From: Wallemia ichthyophaga EXF-994
Lineage: Eukaryota > Fungi > Basidiomycota
NCBI RefSeq assembly: GCF_000400465.1
Contig: NW_008806282.1
Span: 20,001 to 268,000 of the forward strand
Length of the DNA: 248,000 nt
Direction of reading: 5' to 3'
Every line of letters begins with the position of its first letter. The first letter of the stretch is position 1. The translations under genes and the position numbers were made by a program. The notes beneath the pieces are model-generated. The model ran no database searches and was not told the DNA's origin. It saw only the letters and a list, made by a program, of their open reading frames with translations. Shown in pieces: positions 222,978 through 237,279 of this stretch.

Positions 222978-224218
222978 CTAAGCGCATAAAGTTCATGTAT
223001 CCCATTAACGAAGTTTAATCTAATCCATTTATGTTTGTCTGTATTACGTTATCTACTCACCACACCAAAATTTTCAAGATTTCCACTTGAAACCTCCTTC
223101 AAAGTTGGTCTAGGTCCTTTGATTGCGCAGGTGGAGGATTTGTCTTTGGATGTGAGACTATTGTGTACTTCCTTCTCATGTTCATTGAGTGAGCAAATGC
223201 AAGTACCGCCAAACTCAGAAGGCAGATTCTCATCTACTGCCAGCTCCTTCAACGCGTCCTGGTAACCTGTCCCGTGTATCGACACCTTGGAAGCGGTAGC
223301 TTGGTCCATCATTGCCTTTACTACCTTCCAGATAGTGCTAAAGCCAGCTGGAGCATTGATAATAACAATTGGTCCGCTCAATTCGGGGTAGTTGTCCTGT
223401 AAGATCTGTATGATAGACTGAATCCTCCCTCTGATTTTCCAAAACTGGTAGTAGGCGATACCTTTCACGTCCATAACGTTGACTGTCTGAGACACGTGAA
223501 TGCCGCGTGCCTCTTTGCACGCTCTGAAGGTATCTTTTGACAATCTCTCGTTGGAAATGACTTGATTGAGAGTGAATCTTTCAGGCGATATTTTGGTGAA
223601 GAGAGCTGATGCATCAAGCCTCCCAAACTGCTGGTAGTAAATAGGTCTTCCGAGCTGTATAGTGTGAGCCGAAAGACATCTTGAATCATAGTGTAATCAC
223701 CTTATCTGTTTTGTGAAAGAACTGGATCCTGTGAGTAAGTAAAGCACTTCGAATCTAACATCATACCTGGGGATACCACCTAAGCGTTCGCGTTCGCGTC
223801 AGCAACGTCTTTCGACTTCATCTGCCCACATACTCATCTAAAGCACCCTTTTCCTCTTTTGTGAGCTCGAACGTCTCCGTGAGCTCGTCGATATTGAAAT
223901 CCTTTCTCCACTTGAGATAATCACTATCATCAATCAATTACAGTCCCTAATGACTAAAGTACCCACCTAAACATCTTCTCTGTTTCATCCAAGTCCCATT
224001 TACGAGCTTGAAGAAAGCGACTTATGCTGTTAGATGGAGAATTATATGTACTCATCAACCCACACGAATTCATTGTCGTCGTGTGTCAAGGTGCCGTCAC
224101 TCCATTGAGACGATTTGGCGTCTTCAGGGATTCTATCTTTGAATTGACTGAGTAGCCTGATCTGCTCATCATTTATATCGTACGATGTCGTGTTAACATT
224201 TGGAGCATTGTCGGTCAT
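222978..224218 (-). CDS. SEC14: Sec14 PI/PC transfer protein
   Basis: RFLQARKWD, FHKTDKLGRPIY, QDNYPE..IINAPAGFS. Confidence 0.9.
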
Positions 224219-224281
224219 ACTATCAAACCAAGATGATCGATTAAGCGGATGAAGATATAAATATTATTATTTTAGCATTCT

Positions 224282-227070
224282 TTACAGTACATTGTCTACT
224301 TCTATAGGTTGTGACAGGAGATATTCCATTGTAAATCCGTTTTCTTCGCATCTGCTTCGAGTCAGTTGGTTCCTCCTCTTGGCGCTCTAAACTTACAACG
224401 CGGTGACATCCTTCTGCCAATCGATTAGACCTTTCTGCACGCTTCTCAAAGGCGTAGCGAATTCTATCTGGCGTGAACGCAACGTCCTGCCGTGGAAAGT
224501 CAAAAGCGAGGATACCCAGAGCAAGTCGAACTCGAGGTGAACGCTTCGCTCCATGTGCTTTCCAATGAATGAAACCAGCTTATCGACATATACTAGCGGT
224601 AATTGCTTCACAATCAACCTTATCTCAACTGGTGGAGTGCTAGTGTAAACCATCTCGATAATCTTTTCGTCATTCAATCTGAACGCCATTATCAATCCCA
224701 CCAAATAGTCGCCCTTCTTGACCGTCTTTGTGACGCTCTCCGGCGTCAGATCAATGTCCAAATCGAATGGATCGAATAGAGCACTCTCATCGAGCGAGTA
224801 TACGATCAACCCATCAGTAGATGCAGCCGACCATGTGCGGCCTGTCGGCGAGACCTTGACGCTCTTTGTTCTTATTTCAGGTCTGTACTTGCGCCTTGAC
224901 AAGTCCCCACCTTGTGCGCCAGGCAGCGAGTGATCCAGGCGATCTTCTAAGTCACTCTCATCACCTTGAATACCATTACTGATGTTGGTTCCATCTTCCA
225001 ATTGCAATCTACTGTCCAAGAACTCTTGCGTTCCATCCAGAGACAGATTATCGGAGATTTGAAACTTCTTCAAGGCTACGCCTTCTTTCACATCATAAAG
225101 CAACACGTATTTACTGTTACCGCCTGCCAGTATATAGTTACCATCAGCAGTGTAACACAAGCTGTTAAAGCTCTTTCCAGACGAGTTGTTATTAGCTGTG
225201 ATTCGGTCATCTTGCTTGCGACCTCCAGATACGTCTTTGCGACCTTCAATCACACCAGTCTGCTTGTCATCTTCTAAAGACCAGAACTGTATTTGACCGT
225301 CAAGGGTGGATGTAGCCAACTCTTTACCGTCTGGTCTGAACACCACAGTCAAGGCATCAGAGTTGATTGAGTAGGGTTCAACAGTTCTAGCTCTTCTGAA
225401 AATATCCCATACTCTGATTGTTCTATCCCACGAGGAAGATGCTAATTGAGCGCCGCCTGGTCCGAATGAAAGTCCAGAGACGGGACCTTCATGTCCTGAC
225501 ATGACATCCATTAGCTTGCCGGTCTGTACAGACCACAAGAAGATTTCGAATGTGTCGATTGATCCTGCAGCCAAAACCTCACCCGACTCATCTACTGTCA
225601 TTGAGCTAAACTGGGTTGGGGAAGGTGATGTGAATGTTCTGAAGTTTCTGTAGCGTATCAAATCATATGCACGGACAGTTCCATCTAAAGAGGCAGAGAA
225701 AAGAACTTTTCCTTGCTTGGCGAATTCTACTTGTGAGATGGCTGCACTGTGGTCGCTAAATGTGACAGTACAAAAGCCTGATGATAGATTCCACAATTTC
225801 ACTTTACCATCATCACCACCGGTTGCAACCAGCTGGCCGTCAGGTGCGTAAGATACAGTGTTCATGTCCGAATAATGACCTTGTTGCTTGAGGACGTAGC
225901 TTTCTGATTGCCACTCCCACACTAACAATTGACCCAACTTCTTGGCACCGAATGCCAACCACTCTCCCGAAGGATTGATGTCTACGGAAGTGACCTTCTC
226001 CTGCGAAATAGACAATGTGTGTAAATTGGTGAATGATGGCAGCTCCCATAGACCAAAAACACCGGTGCTAAACCCGACGACGAGGAGGGAGCTTTTTTGG
226101 TGGAATGTTGAGCAAACGACTCTGGTTGCGGGCATGTTGAAGTAGTGTCTGGAAGAAACGCCCCATCTGGTGTCAGCAATACGTCTACTTTCATCCACGT
226201 TAGTATCGTTATTGCTGCTGCTGTCACTGTCGCTGTCTTCTTCGCTGTCTTCACTGGAGGACTCATCTTCAGATGGCTTTGCGGTCCATACGAATACAGC
226301 GCCATCTCTGGACACAGTATAGATAGACTTGCTGTCTTTTGAGAAGTAAGCGTTAACGACTCTGTCTTTATGTCCTGAGAGCGTTTTTGGCCTAAAGCCT
226401 GGCAAGGTGTCAAGAGTAAAGAGCCTGGCAGTCATATCATAGCTGCAGGTAACAAAGAATCTTGAGCAGGGCGACCAAGTGATTGATGTGACAGAGTCGA
226501 AATGGCCCGTGTAGGTTCTAAACAGGACCATTGGGGCAAACTCCCTGATCAAGAACGAGGGCGCTCTCCAAACCTGCACATGGCTTCCGTGGGTGACGGC
226601 CAGGAACTTGCCATCGGGGGAAAAACATAAGTCTTTGACGGGCTTCTTGAAGTTGTGGTGGTGGAGAATTGTACGACGTTTGGCGTTGATGAGCAGCGCT
226701 CTTCCGTCTGCTGAGTATGAGTGTGTGCGCTCTAGAGAAGCAGATGCCCTCACCGTCGTCGACTGTGACCAATATCCTGCCATCTGGACTCAAAGCAATT
226801 CTAGCGATGTTCTTCCTGTTCTCGCAAGGGAACGTGAACGAGTTGTTGCTGGGCTTTGTTAGGCGGCTTATAGACGCAGTAACCAACTCACTTGACTAGA
226901 TCGAAGCTGCTAACGCGGTTGCCCACCGGACTGAGGACGCTGTTGCCATCCTGCGTGAAGACGACGTTTCCCTGTCTATACACGGTACCGCATAGGTTAG
227001 AGAACTGTGGGCATCGTTAGCAGATTCATTTCAGCGTACTTGTACCGCCTACATTAAAATTACTCCTCAT
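224282..227070 (-). CDS. PWP2: SSU processome WD40 protein Pwp2/Utp1
   Basis: FSNLCGTVYRQGN, GQLLVWEWQSESY, AYDLIRYRNFRTF. Confidence 0.95.
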
Positions 227071-227332
227071 GGTGGCTTATCAAGATGCAATTAGGCTGCA
227101 GACAGCCATTTGAGTAAAATATTTGTACATTCAGTTGGAATATCAATACTGCATGTCGTGCAACACCGCGCTCGTGTGTACTCGTCACTGAAAATCTGTA
227201 TTATATGATAACGACGCAGAGGTTGCTTGGAAACGCACAGAGCATAAAAACATCCAGTACTTTACATCATCTCTCGCTAAATAAAACCCAAGGTGACTTA
227301 CAACCAAACTTATCTCTTAGACAATAACAGCG

Positions 227333-229442
227333 ATGACGTTTGGACTGAGAAATGGTCGGCGGTATTTAATGTATAGTGTTCCTGTAGTAGCACTGCCAGT
227401 AGCGTATTATTCATTGCCGAAGCGTCGGCTGTCTCAATCATCTCCGCGGATCTATCAGCCACAGATACCAACTCCAACGCGAAGATCCCCGCTGAAAACG
227501 TATATAACTGAACCCATTTTCACTCTCAGGCGGCTTATTTGGCTGTGTGTACTATTCGTGCCAGTCGTCGCGTCTGTACCGCTACTCTGGATAAATTCGA
227601 CGCTCTGGTACCGGATTCTAACGAAGCAAATGTCAAGAGCTGGCCCTACATTTATCAAGGTTGGTCCTGTCCAACTTTATGAGTACCTTTAACCATTCTC
227701 TAGCTTGGTCAATGGGCGGCTTCTCGCACTGATCTATTCTCACCACAATTATGTCATATATTAGGTCGCCTGCACTCAGCAGCACACCCTCACACAATCA
227801 CCCACACGCATAAGGTCCTCACATCTACCTACTCGCACGCAGACTCGCTCAAAGACATATTTGAAGAATTCGATGAGAAACCCATTGGGTGTGGTGCTAT
227901 CGCCCAAGTTTATAGGGGGAAACTACGTGAACATCTTATACCAAGTGACTGGAGAGTCGCGAACCAGCATGAAGAAGACAGCTGGTTAGTCGCATCTATC
228001 ACAAAAGCCCTCAACAACTTGCAGACTCGCAACGATGACATACCGCGTCAAGATCTCATTACTGCGTCAAGACACGTTGCTGTCAAGGTGATACACCGTG
228101 GGTTTGATGCTAATAATTGTTAATCTATCTTACATATCTCAAAAGCAAATGTAACAGAGCTTATCGAGCGCGATCTAGCTATATTGTATTTCGGCGCCTC
228201 TGCCCTGTCGCTTCTTCCGGGGATGAAATGGCTATCTCTTCCAGAGGAGGTCACTGTATTTGGTAGTCTAATGCGCTCACAGCTTAATCTAAGCGTCGAA
228301 GCCTACAATTTGGCGAGATTTGAAGACAATTTCAGAGAGCGCAGAGGTGCTGCTAGCTTTCCAAAACCTGTCTTCTCGTTATGTGCAAAAGATGTTCTGG
228401 TAGAAGAATTCGAAGAGGCTCTCCCACTCAAGACATTCCTCAAGTTCGGTGGAGGCGGTTTTGAAGAGCGCATAGCCGGTTTGGGTTTGGATGCCTTTTT
228501 GGTGGGTACTGAATTTTATTCACGCAGCTTATTAATCTCCCACAGAATATGCTTTTAATAGACAATTTCGCACACGCCGATCTTCATCCTGGCAACATAT
228601 ACATCAAGTTCTACAAGCCAACTTCCATCGATCTTATCAAGAACATTTTCTCGTCGTTGATATCAAGACCTCGCTCAACTACTGACCTCACGACCAACGA
228701 TACATCGAAAGAAGTGATGAAAACTCTTCTCCCGCTTGCCAGGCGAATAAACAAAAACGAGAAGGATGAAGAGAGTGTGAATGAATGGTCTAACAAGCTC
228801 AAGAAGCTCAATGAGGATGGGTTTCAACCAGAGATTGTTTTTTTGGATACAGGCCTGATTACTGAACTCGACGACAAAAACCGTGGTAATTTTTTGGAGC
228901 TATTCCAAGCTGTCTCTCATTTTGACGGTTATCGCGTCGGACAACTCATGATCGAAAGATCTCGATCTCCCGAGCTAGCGACGGACAAGGAAACTTTCGC
229001 ACTTAAGATGCAGCACATAGTGCTGGGGGTGAAGAGCAAGACATTTTCGCTAGCAAGGATCAGGCTATCGGAGGTGCTCTCACATGTTCTGTCAAGTGTG
229101 CGCGAACACCACGTCAAGATGGAGGCTGATTTCGTTAATACGGTACTGTCTATTCTTTTGCTTGAAGGTATCGGTCGTCAGCTTGATCCTAACATGGACC
229201 TATTTAAGGCCGCTATACCGATTCTGCGTCAGTTGGGCAAGAAAGTCGGCACTTCTGGCAGCTATGCACAGGTCGATAAGGGTAACCTTGGTGCCATGTT
229301 AAAGGTAAGCATATTGAATTTGGTTTGATTACATATTAACAACCCCCAGCTCTGGGTATGGATGGAAGCACGTGAATTCGTTTCAAGTGTCAACGAAATG
229401 GACGAATGTATCCGGTACGACTGGCTTAGCCCGAACATATAG
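227333..229442 (+). CDS. UbiB/ABC1 atypical kinase (Cqd1/ADCK2-like)
   Basis: GPTFIKLGQWAASR, PIGCGAIAQVY, HADLHPGN, FLDTGL. Confidence 0.85.
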
Positions 229443-231145
229443 TTTGTAATATACATATAACTTGAACAATTGCAATTAGGCCCGCATTTAAAGCGTGTGG
229501 ATCACCTCAACTTGTCAAAATATGTTTGCTATCACGATTGTCAACCTTGATAGTGACAAGCAATATAGGGATGACAGGGCCATTGAATAGTTCTTTCTAT
229601 AACTTTAGCAAAATACAACATTGAGCATGAATCAATTGAATATAAACTGCTCAAGGTACCCTGCAAGTGATCAAGTAAGTGAGAAGACGAACACAGAGAT
229701 ACCATCTGACAATTTGAACAAACTAGCCATGCTATCAGTTTCATAGCACTTTCAGCATTCCAAATACATTATCAACTAAACCTTCCGCTCAATATCCACC
229801 GAGTTGAATTTCTTGGCTACCACTGACCTCAAATGGCTCTTACGACTTTTGATGATCTCCAAATAAACGTGCTCCGTTAGTAATTCTGGCTGATAGTGAT
229901 ATGATTTTGCCAAATTTATATCCCTGGCGCTCCAAATCGCGCCTCGCACATTGATCGGAAGCAATGATCCACAATCTCTCTGGAGCATGCAGCAGGATAA
230001 TAAAGAAAGGTCACTCAAACTTTGTCGGTAGCTGCAACGTATTTTGACTTACAAGTGCTCATATATCACAATGATTCGGCTCTATAAACGCGTTTTACTT
230101 TTTTCCGGCACATTGCGTCTACAGGACTCAACAATGCTGGCTGCAGGAAAAAAATATTGTGATTCCGTATCATCGCATGCTTATTTAATGCAACTCATTC
230201 AAAGTAAAGGGGAGGTCAGCCCAATTCTGAAATCGGGGGTTTTGCTCGACCAGGTGCGTGCGTTTCAAGATATCAAATAATGGTGGGTGTGAAATCGATT
230301 AAGGCTGATTTGACATTTTGAAGGCATGACAGTTTGGATGTTAATTTTTTTAATCCAAAACACTCTAAAAGAAACATGCCACATCTATCTGGACTAGTAC
230401 AGGGCGCCAGACAGCGCTTTTCGCGATAATTTCACTGTTGAATTAATAGCAAACAAATTACCACAGAATGATATAAATTTGACTCAATTTTCATTGATCA
230501 CATTGCTTCTTCTTGGACATAATGAGTTGTGAATTAGTTGGTGAATAATGTGTGATTTGTCTTGTGGAAGATTAACATTGTTGATTCAGTATGTTTGTTG
230601 ATGTGCTGGTCAGAGATAGATATCACTGCGAGCTCTACCAGTATAGATAAACGTGTATTTGCCACGCTTTAGCGCGTGTCATGCATGCCGATAGCCACGT
230701 GACCAGGAACGAGGATACTCGAGAACCAATTGAGACGAACTAGATGTAAAGAAAACTTTGAAGATAAGTTGATTAGCACATGTGTTTTCGCCGTTAGCCG
230801 CCAGACTAGGAACGACGTAGCGGTGTTCGTGAAACATAACAAAGGCAAGGCACGAGCCACGTGCTTATCGGCCGTCGCTGTGTTATTTAAGCCGTCCGAC
230901 CTCCTTTCTTCTTTTTCTTGCGGTAAAACGTCTTGAGGGACATGGCAAGGCGGGTATAACGCTTTCCCTGTAAATAGTCTGCGCTACTCGCAGAAAGCTT
231001 TATCTCCACTCGTTCAACACTCACCTTCGACTAAGCGCAGGAAGTCGGTTAAAAGTCCGCTTTGAGTGATATTCATAGCATTTGCTCTCCTTCCTCACTC
231101 CGTCTCTCAATCTAACCTCAACCACCAAGACGAGACAGTCCTCAG

Positions 231146-233931
231146 ATGTTCTTCCGAACGGCTGCAATCTGCGCCGTCGCATGGGCAGTGGCTATAATTA
231201 TACTAAAATCCAATCATGCTGAAAGCGCATGTAGAATGGCTTACATGAATCCCAAATATATACCCCATCCTTTCGTCGACTCAAAGTACGGATTGTATCT
231301 TTATAGAGACAAGCATTGGAACGTCGGTGATAGTATAACGGTAGGTAGCAACATAACGTTCCTAATATATCTCCTGATAACTTGTTCTAGCCAGATGGTA
231401 TACCGGTGCTATTCATTCCCGGAAATGCTGGCTCTTATAAACAAGGTCGGTCGATAGCAGCTGAGATATCCAAGCAATACCATATCGACTACAATCGACC
231501 CAATCATGATCTCGCATCTCAAAATATACCACTGCCTGATCTATGGACAGGTGAGCATGCGCCTTCAGAGTGAGGCCGCGATAACACTTTACTAGTCGAT
231601 TTCAAGGAAGAACTGTCAGCATTCCATGCTGGCTTGGTGCGGCGGCAGGCTGAGTATTGTCGAAGTGCAGTGGACTACATTCTGTCACAATACGCAGGCC
231701 AATCACATCCACCAGAATCAGTTATCGTAATAGCGCATTCGATGGGAGGAGTCGTTGCCAGGGAGATGTTCCACTTGACTGATTACAGACAAGGCTCGAT
231801 AGACCTCTTGTTGACACTAAGCTCGCCAAACGCCATCCCACCAACTCCGTTTTCGAGAAGCATGAGTAGCTTGTTTGGTAATAACTTGAGCAAACACACG
231901 GAAATTGCCATCAGTGGAGGATCAGCTGATTCACTGTTACCAGCCGACGTTACGTACGCTCCCATCTCCCAAAACTCATTAAGCGTGCTATCTACGACCA
232001 TACCAGGGGTCTGGGCGCCGATATCTCATCAGGCGATTGTGTGGTGTGATCAGCTGAGAAGGAAAATAGCAAGAGGTGTGTTACTTTCCGTCGACAGTAG
232101 CAAATCTTCGAAATTGAAAAGCAGGGAGAGCCTTATGGAGGTCTGGAAAGGCTTGCTCGTTGGGATTTCTAACATACCTGATACCGTTGGCTTGTTTGAT
232201 GTCGATCTCAATGCTACAGTGGCATATGGTGCATATACAACCGCAGACATCGGCTCTGATAGGACAGCTTGGTCGCTAGGTAGGCCACCGCCACACTCGG
232301 TGACCGGAGATAAGGCGCCAATCGTGAGGCTTGTCACTAGCCTCACCCCTGAGCCCCCATACAAAGACTTTGGTCAGTACGAATCACCCATCCAAGTGCT
232401 GGCTTGTCAGGAAATCAAACCACTTAAACGATGCAGGCATCTGCCAATAAGAGATTCCGTAACTCTGCCATATTTACACAGAGACACGCAATGGTTGCCT
232501 GTCCGACATGGCGCCGACGAAGACCACACTATGTATCTGTTAGACGCAGACACAGATACTCTGGATGACAACGAGAGCGTGGTACTGTTTAGAAATGGAA
232601 AAGACGGAAAGAGGCACTGGATTACCTCCCAGTTCGCACCCGCTGACGAAGAGATCGTTATTGGTGGATCACTTACACGCATGTTATTCTCATCAGTTCC
232701 TCTTCTCGAGCAAAATCATGGGATAATGGCATTAAGAAGGAGATATAAATTAATTAATGCACCGTCTACTTCGCTAGTAGTGTACAGAATCGATGCTAAG
232801 CAGTCGACGTGTGTGTCGACGCAATTCAACAACAAAGAGCTATTTCAACCGCTGCTTAGACACGTTGTTGGATCTTTAAAAGGAATCGAAGAGACTTACC
232901 ATCCAGACCTCAATGGAAGAATTGCAATTGAGTCACATCTTTCACAATCACCCTACCTAATCGCTGACGCGAAATCGAACAAGACTGAGCTCATCTTTGA
233001 GGTTTTTGCGGACACTTCCAGTACCGAATCATGCTATCCATTACAGGAACTCTCGGTCAGTGTGGATATTCTAGCTAGTATTTCCAAGTGGGGTACCCGC
233101 TATCGATCGGCATTAGTGGGATTTGCGTTGGGGATTTGGTGTGTCGCATTTAGACGGCAATTACAATCACTGGATTTGACGGGTGCATCAATCACCCTTC
233201 TCGAATCATTAACGGTAGCATTTCCACGTGAGATTTTAGCATTCTGCTTCATAATGGTAGGAAGTGTATTGGCTAGCTCATTATACGCAAAATTCAGCTT
233301 ATATTTCGTTGGATTACATGACCCCAAGCTGTGTTTCGTCGGCCCTATCCTTCTCTTAGCATCATATGGTTTAATCAGTGGAGTCACTGTGGCAATTACA
233401 GGATTCAGCGCAATTCTCTCTTTCACTAGACTACACATACCCAAATTTAAGATAAGTCGGAAAAGAGAACTGGGTTTGATGTTGACTACAGCTGCTATCA
233501 CTCTATTAATACCACAACAGGTAATGCTGAGTCTCATTGGAATATACACGCTATTAACCGATAATTCAACACCTCTCGCTCTTTCTATACGAGTCTTGGT
233601 AGTCTTACTAGCACCATTTTACATACCAGTAACTGTGGTCTGGCTAAAAGATCCGTTGATGAGCTCATTTGGGGTTGATTTTGAAGATCATAATCCATTA
233701 CCTATTTTACCAATCGTCTGGATTGTTTTACACGTACAGTCTTGCAATGCTATACGGAAGCACAGAACGACCGACAGATTGGTTTGGTGGATAGAGAACA
233801 GCGTATTTGTCACATTTGCATTGTCTTCACTTGCATTCAGTGGAAGATATGCGTACATTTTATATGAAGGGATGTGTATCTTACTGGCAATTCTGTCTTA
233901 CACGCGTTATTTTAATTGTAAAACAGAATGA
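231146..233931 (+). CDS. BST1: GPI inositol deacylase
   Basis: [31 protein letters not shown], multi-TM C-terminus. Confidence 0.85.
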
Positions 233932-233985
233932 ATGGAACAGGAAAATGACTGTATAAATAGTTTTTAAAGTGTATTTGAACGCAGC

Positions 233986-235565
233986 TTAGTCGTGCAATGG
234001 AGTATTTGATCTTGATCTGGATCTGGATCTTGAGACTGATCTTGATCTTGATCTGCTTGTCGATCTGCCTCTGATGTCATTAACTGCAGTTTGATCCATT
234101 GGCTGTTGCTGTTGCGCCATCTGCATAGTCTGCATATTGGTATAGTAAACCCACATGAATGCACAGCTACCTATTTGTTCATTTGAGGGAACGAAACCGA
234201 ATGTCTTCTCGAATGCTTTTCCAGCCAATATCCAAGATTGCGGTTGAGTTGGGTCGAATGCTACCCAATCAAAATTAGATAATGCATCAACAGATTTATT
234301 ATTACTATGACTATGACTATAATTATTGCTACTGTCTGGTGTTGGTGACTTTTGATCCTGCTGATAGCTGTTGTAAGACATGTGATTTGGTTGTGAGTAG
234401 TGTGAGTATGAGTGGGTATTCGAAGGTGAGTTAGTGCTAAAGCTCTCTCTAGAGCTTTCAATTGGTCTCTTTGTTCTTGGATCTATCCTTGGACGCTTAC
234501 CACTATCATAGCTTTGGTTTTGTATGCTCTGTGGTAGACGCGCTGATCTATCTCTGTTCCCATAATCATATCTATCATTGTACCTGTCGTTGTATCTGTC
234601 ATCGTATCTGCTATCGTATCTGTCATTGTTACTTCTGTCCCTCTTCAAGCTACCGCTATCGGATGATGGTGTTTGAGAGTTCTTGTCATCTCTATAAACG
234701 CGCATTAACAAAGACTACTAAGTCAAGTGACTATAACTCACGATGAAGGAATCTTGGAAAGGAATTGAAGGATATTTGCAGGTAAACCTCCATTGCTATC
234801 TCCATCATCCTTTTTGCTTGAAGATTTTGCTGTATCTGAGTGGTTCACAACGTCAATACAGTTAATTTGTATATAATAAGAATTTATGAAAGCACCTTTT
234901 TCTGAAACATTTTTATTACTACTTGACTCATGTCTTGCGTCGAGAGTATCGCGGTCGCTTTGCTTCTGGCTTTCATTAGTTTCGCCGCTGTTGCTCATCT
235001 TATCCATAAGTATTTCAAGCATGGGCTTATTGAATACGGCCATCTGTGACCACATTTTGAGTATCTTAAGATTTTTCTCCTTCAAGGAATTCAATATAAG
235101 TCTGAATAAACTAGAATTACTCTACCTTCAGTTCTTTGTCAAGGTATTTAAGAGATTCGTCGAAGAAATCGACCAAGATGGATTCAATCGCGGAGAGAAA
235201 GTTCTTCCAATTATTTGAATCCCTGTTGCTTTTCTTGATCGCTTTGTGTGCTTGTTGCACCAGCGCATGTAGCGTGTAAAGACTAGAGACCCTCTTGGCT
235301 TTTTTGTCTCTGTGAGTTTCCAAGATGGACGAAGCCATATGTTGAGATCCCATCTTAGGGCAAATCAATTGAGGTTTTCGAGCTGAGCTACCAGACTCAC
235401 GTTAAGGTTTTTGCCGCAGATGTACGATATCCTCTCCACTCTGGTGTTGGACAGTGTCGATCTGTGAATCACTGTTTCTCTCAGCAAGTCGTCGAATTCC
235501 TGTGAATTAAATGATAATAAGCACTAAAGCTTTTGATGGTGCGTTCCCCGTACTTTTAATGACAT
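233986..235565 (-). CDS. CID/RPR (CTD-interacting) domain protein with RS-rich tail
   Basis: N-terminal CID helices (VSSLYTLHAL), RD/RS repeats. Confidence 0.6.
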
Positions 235566-235822
235566 TGAGTTGGTAGTCCAAGATGAAGGAGCTGTTGAGG
235601 TGCGCGAGAAGCTTATAATTTGTGCGGGGAATTCAGATAAAAGTGGTAAAGGCTTGAGAGTCTCTCTATCTCTTTGAATCAGCCAATACATGTTTCTATC
235701 CTCTGCTTAGGTCTCTGCTCCGTGCTAATATCGAGTTCAATTATCATAGGCTTAAAATGTCCTAAAAATCGTCGGAAGAAACGTTGCAAGAGAAATACAT
235801 TTATGTTTAAAGATTAATTTGT

Positions 235823-237086
235823 TTAAATGAGATTATTTATATTAGATATCAAAGCCGGCATATACTGTTTACGACTGGCATGTTTATTTTGATTGTAAAC
235901 GACTGTGCCATTCAAAGAGAAGGCAAAGTTACCGCTGATCTTCAGCTTAAGCAGTTCATCAGCTTCTATCCCCTTTCTCAGTTTATCCAAGTGAGCGTTC
236001 AGCTTGCTAGAGGAGGGTACATGCAGTAGCAATTCCCTTCTGTGTTTGTGGCCGCTTTTACTGTTAGGATCGTGATAGCTCGTCCCAATTCCAAGCAAAT
236101 CAAGAGCACCCTCGCCTTTTCCGTCATCTTGAGTGAATCTTTGTATATCTCTCTCAAACGAGTCTATGCCACTTGCGTTTCCGCAAATCCAATCTTCAAG
236201 GCTCATGGGTACAGATGCTAGCCCTAAACTTATTCCATTAGATGCATAGACGCGTTTGTAGTCTCTTTGAAGTAGCTGTGTAGTGTTTAATGATGACACA
236301 TCATTTTTACACTCGGAGAGCGAGCCAAATAGATCGGATGTAGCTACGGTGGATGGCTGTGACGCTTGATGAATACCAGCGAAAGAGGAGCGAGGCAGAA
236401 GGAAGTCGTAAGCCTCAAAATCAACGCTCTGCGCTTTACCACCTTGTTTAAGATTGTTGGTATCCACTATAATAGCCTGAATGAGCAAATCAGCGATGCT
236501 TCTTTCTGTATCTGAATCAATGATCGATTGAGCCCAGGCATGTTTGAAATTGTCCGTAACAAGACTTGCACAGCTTCCAACTGGTGTTCTGACATCCCAT
236601 AAAAGCGCACTCGGGTAACGATCAGGTGCGCCATCGTGATGATCAATAACTGCGACTACATCTGATTCAGGAGATTTCCATTGATTATCAAGTGTAGAAT
236701 GATCCACCAGGGCGTAATTTGTCGCCGGGTCAAAATCATCTTTGATGTCTGAGAAAAAGATCAAAGAGTTTGTATCGATTTTTGCATTTGATAGCGCTAG
236801 TCTGTTCTCAGGACGAAGATTCAAGTCTTCTCTCGACGACTGAACGACGGGAATAGCCTGTTTGAGCGAAATAGGCGCGTTAGAGAGCGTGGATAGGTAG
236901 CTGAATGCAATTGATGAGGCTAGACTGTCCAAGTCTTCATTGTGTGCAATGTGAGATACAAAGACGTAAGTCAAAGGGACACACACCATTAGATTGGTTT
237001 CCGAGTACGATGATCCAATTGCTGATCGACTTAGCTCTCAAATCAGCCATAAATTTCGACCTCGTAGCTGCGAGTAAGGTATTCAT
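235823..237086 (-). CDS. PPX1: Exopolyphosphatase (DHH family)
   Basis: GNQSNDLDS, LVDH, VIDHH, GSCASLV, IIVDT. Confidence 0.88.
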
Positions 237087-237279
237087 CTGTGTTTGTTTGC
237101 TGCGCTGTGTAGAACGTGGGAGAGACGTATATTTGACTTTAACAGCTTGAAATAAAGCAGCTAACACGGTAAACAGTGTAATTAAAATGTATAATTTGTA
237201 TTTGATCGTCGTTGAATGTCCCTTGAATGTCCCTTGAAAACCGACGCTCAGCTCATCGAGACGCAATTCCAACGCGGAT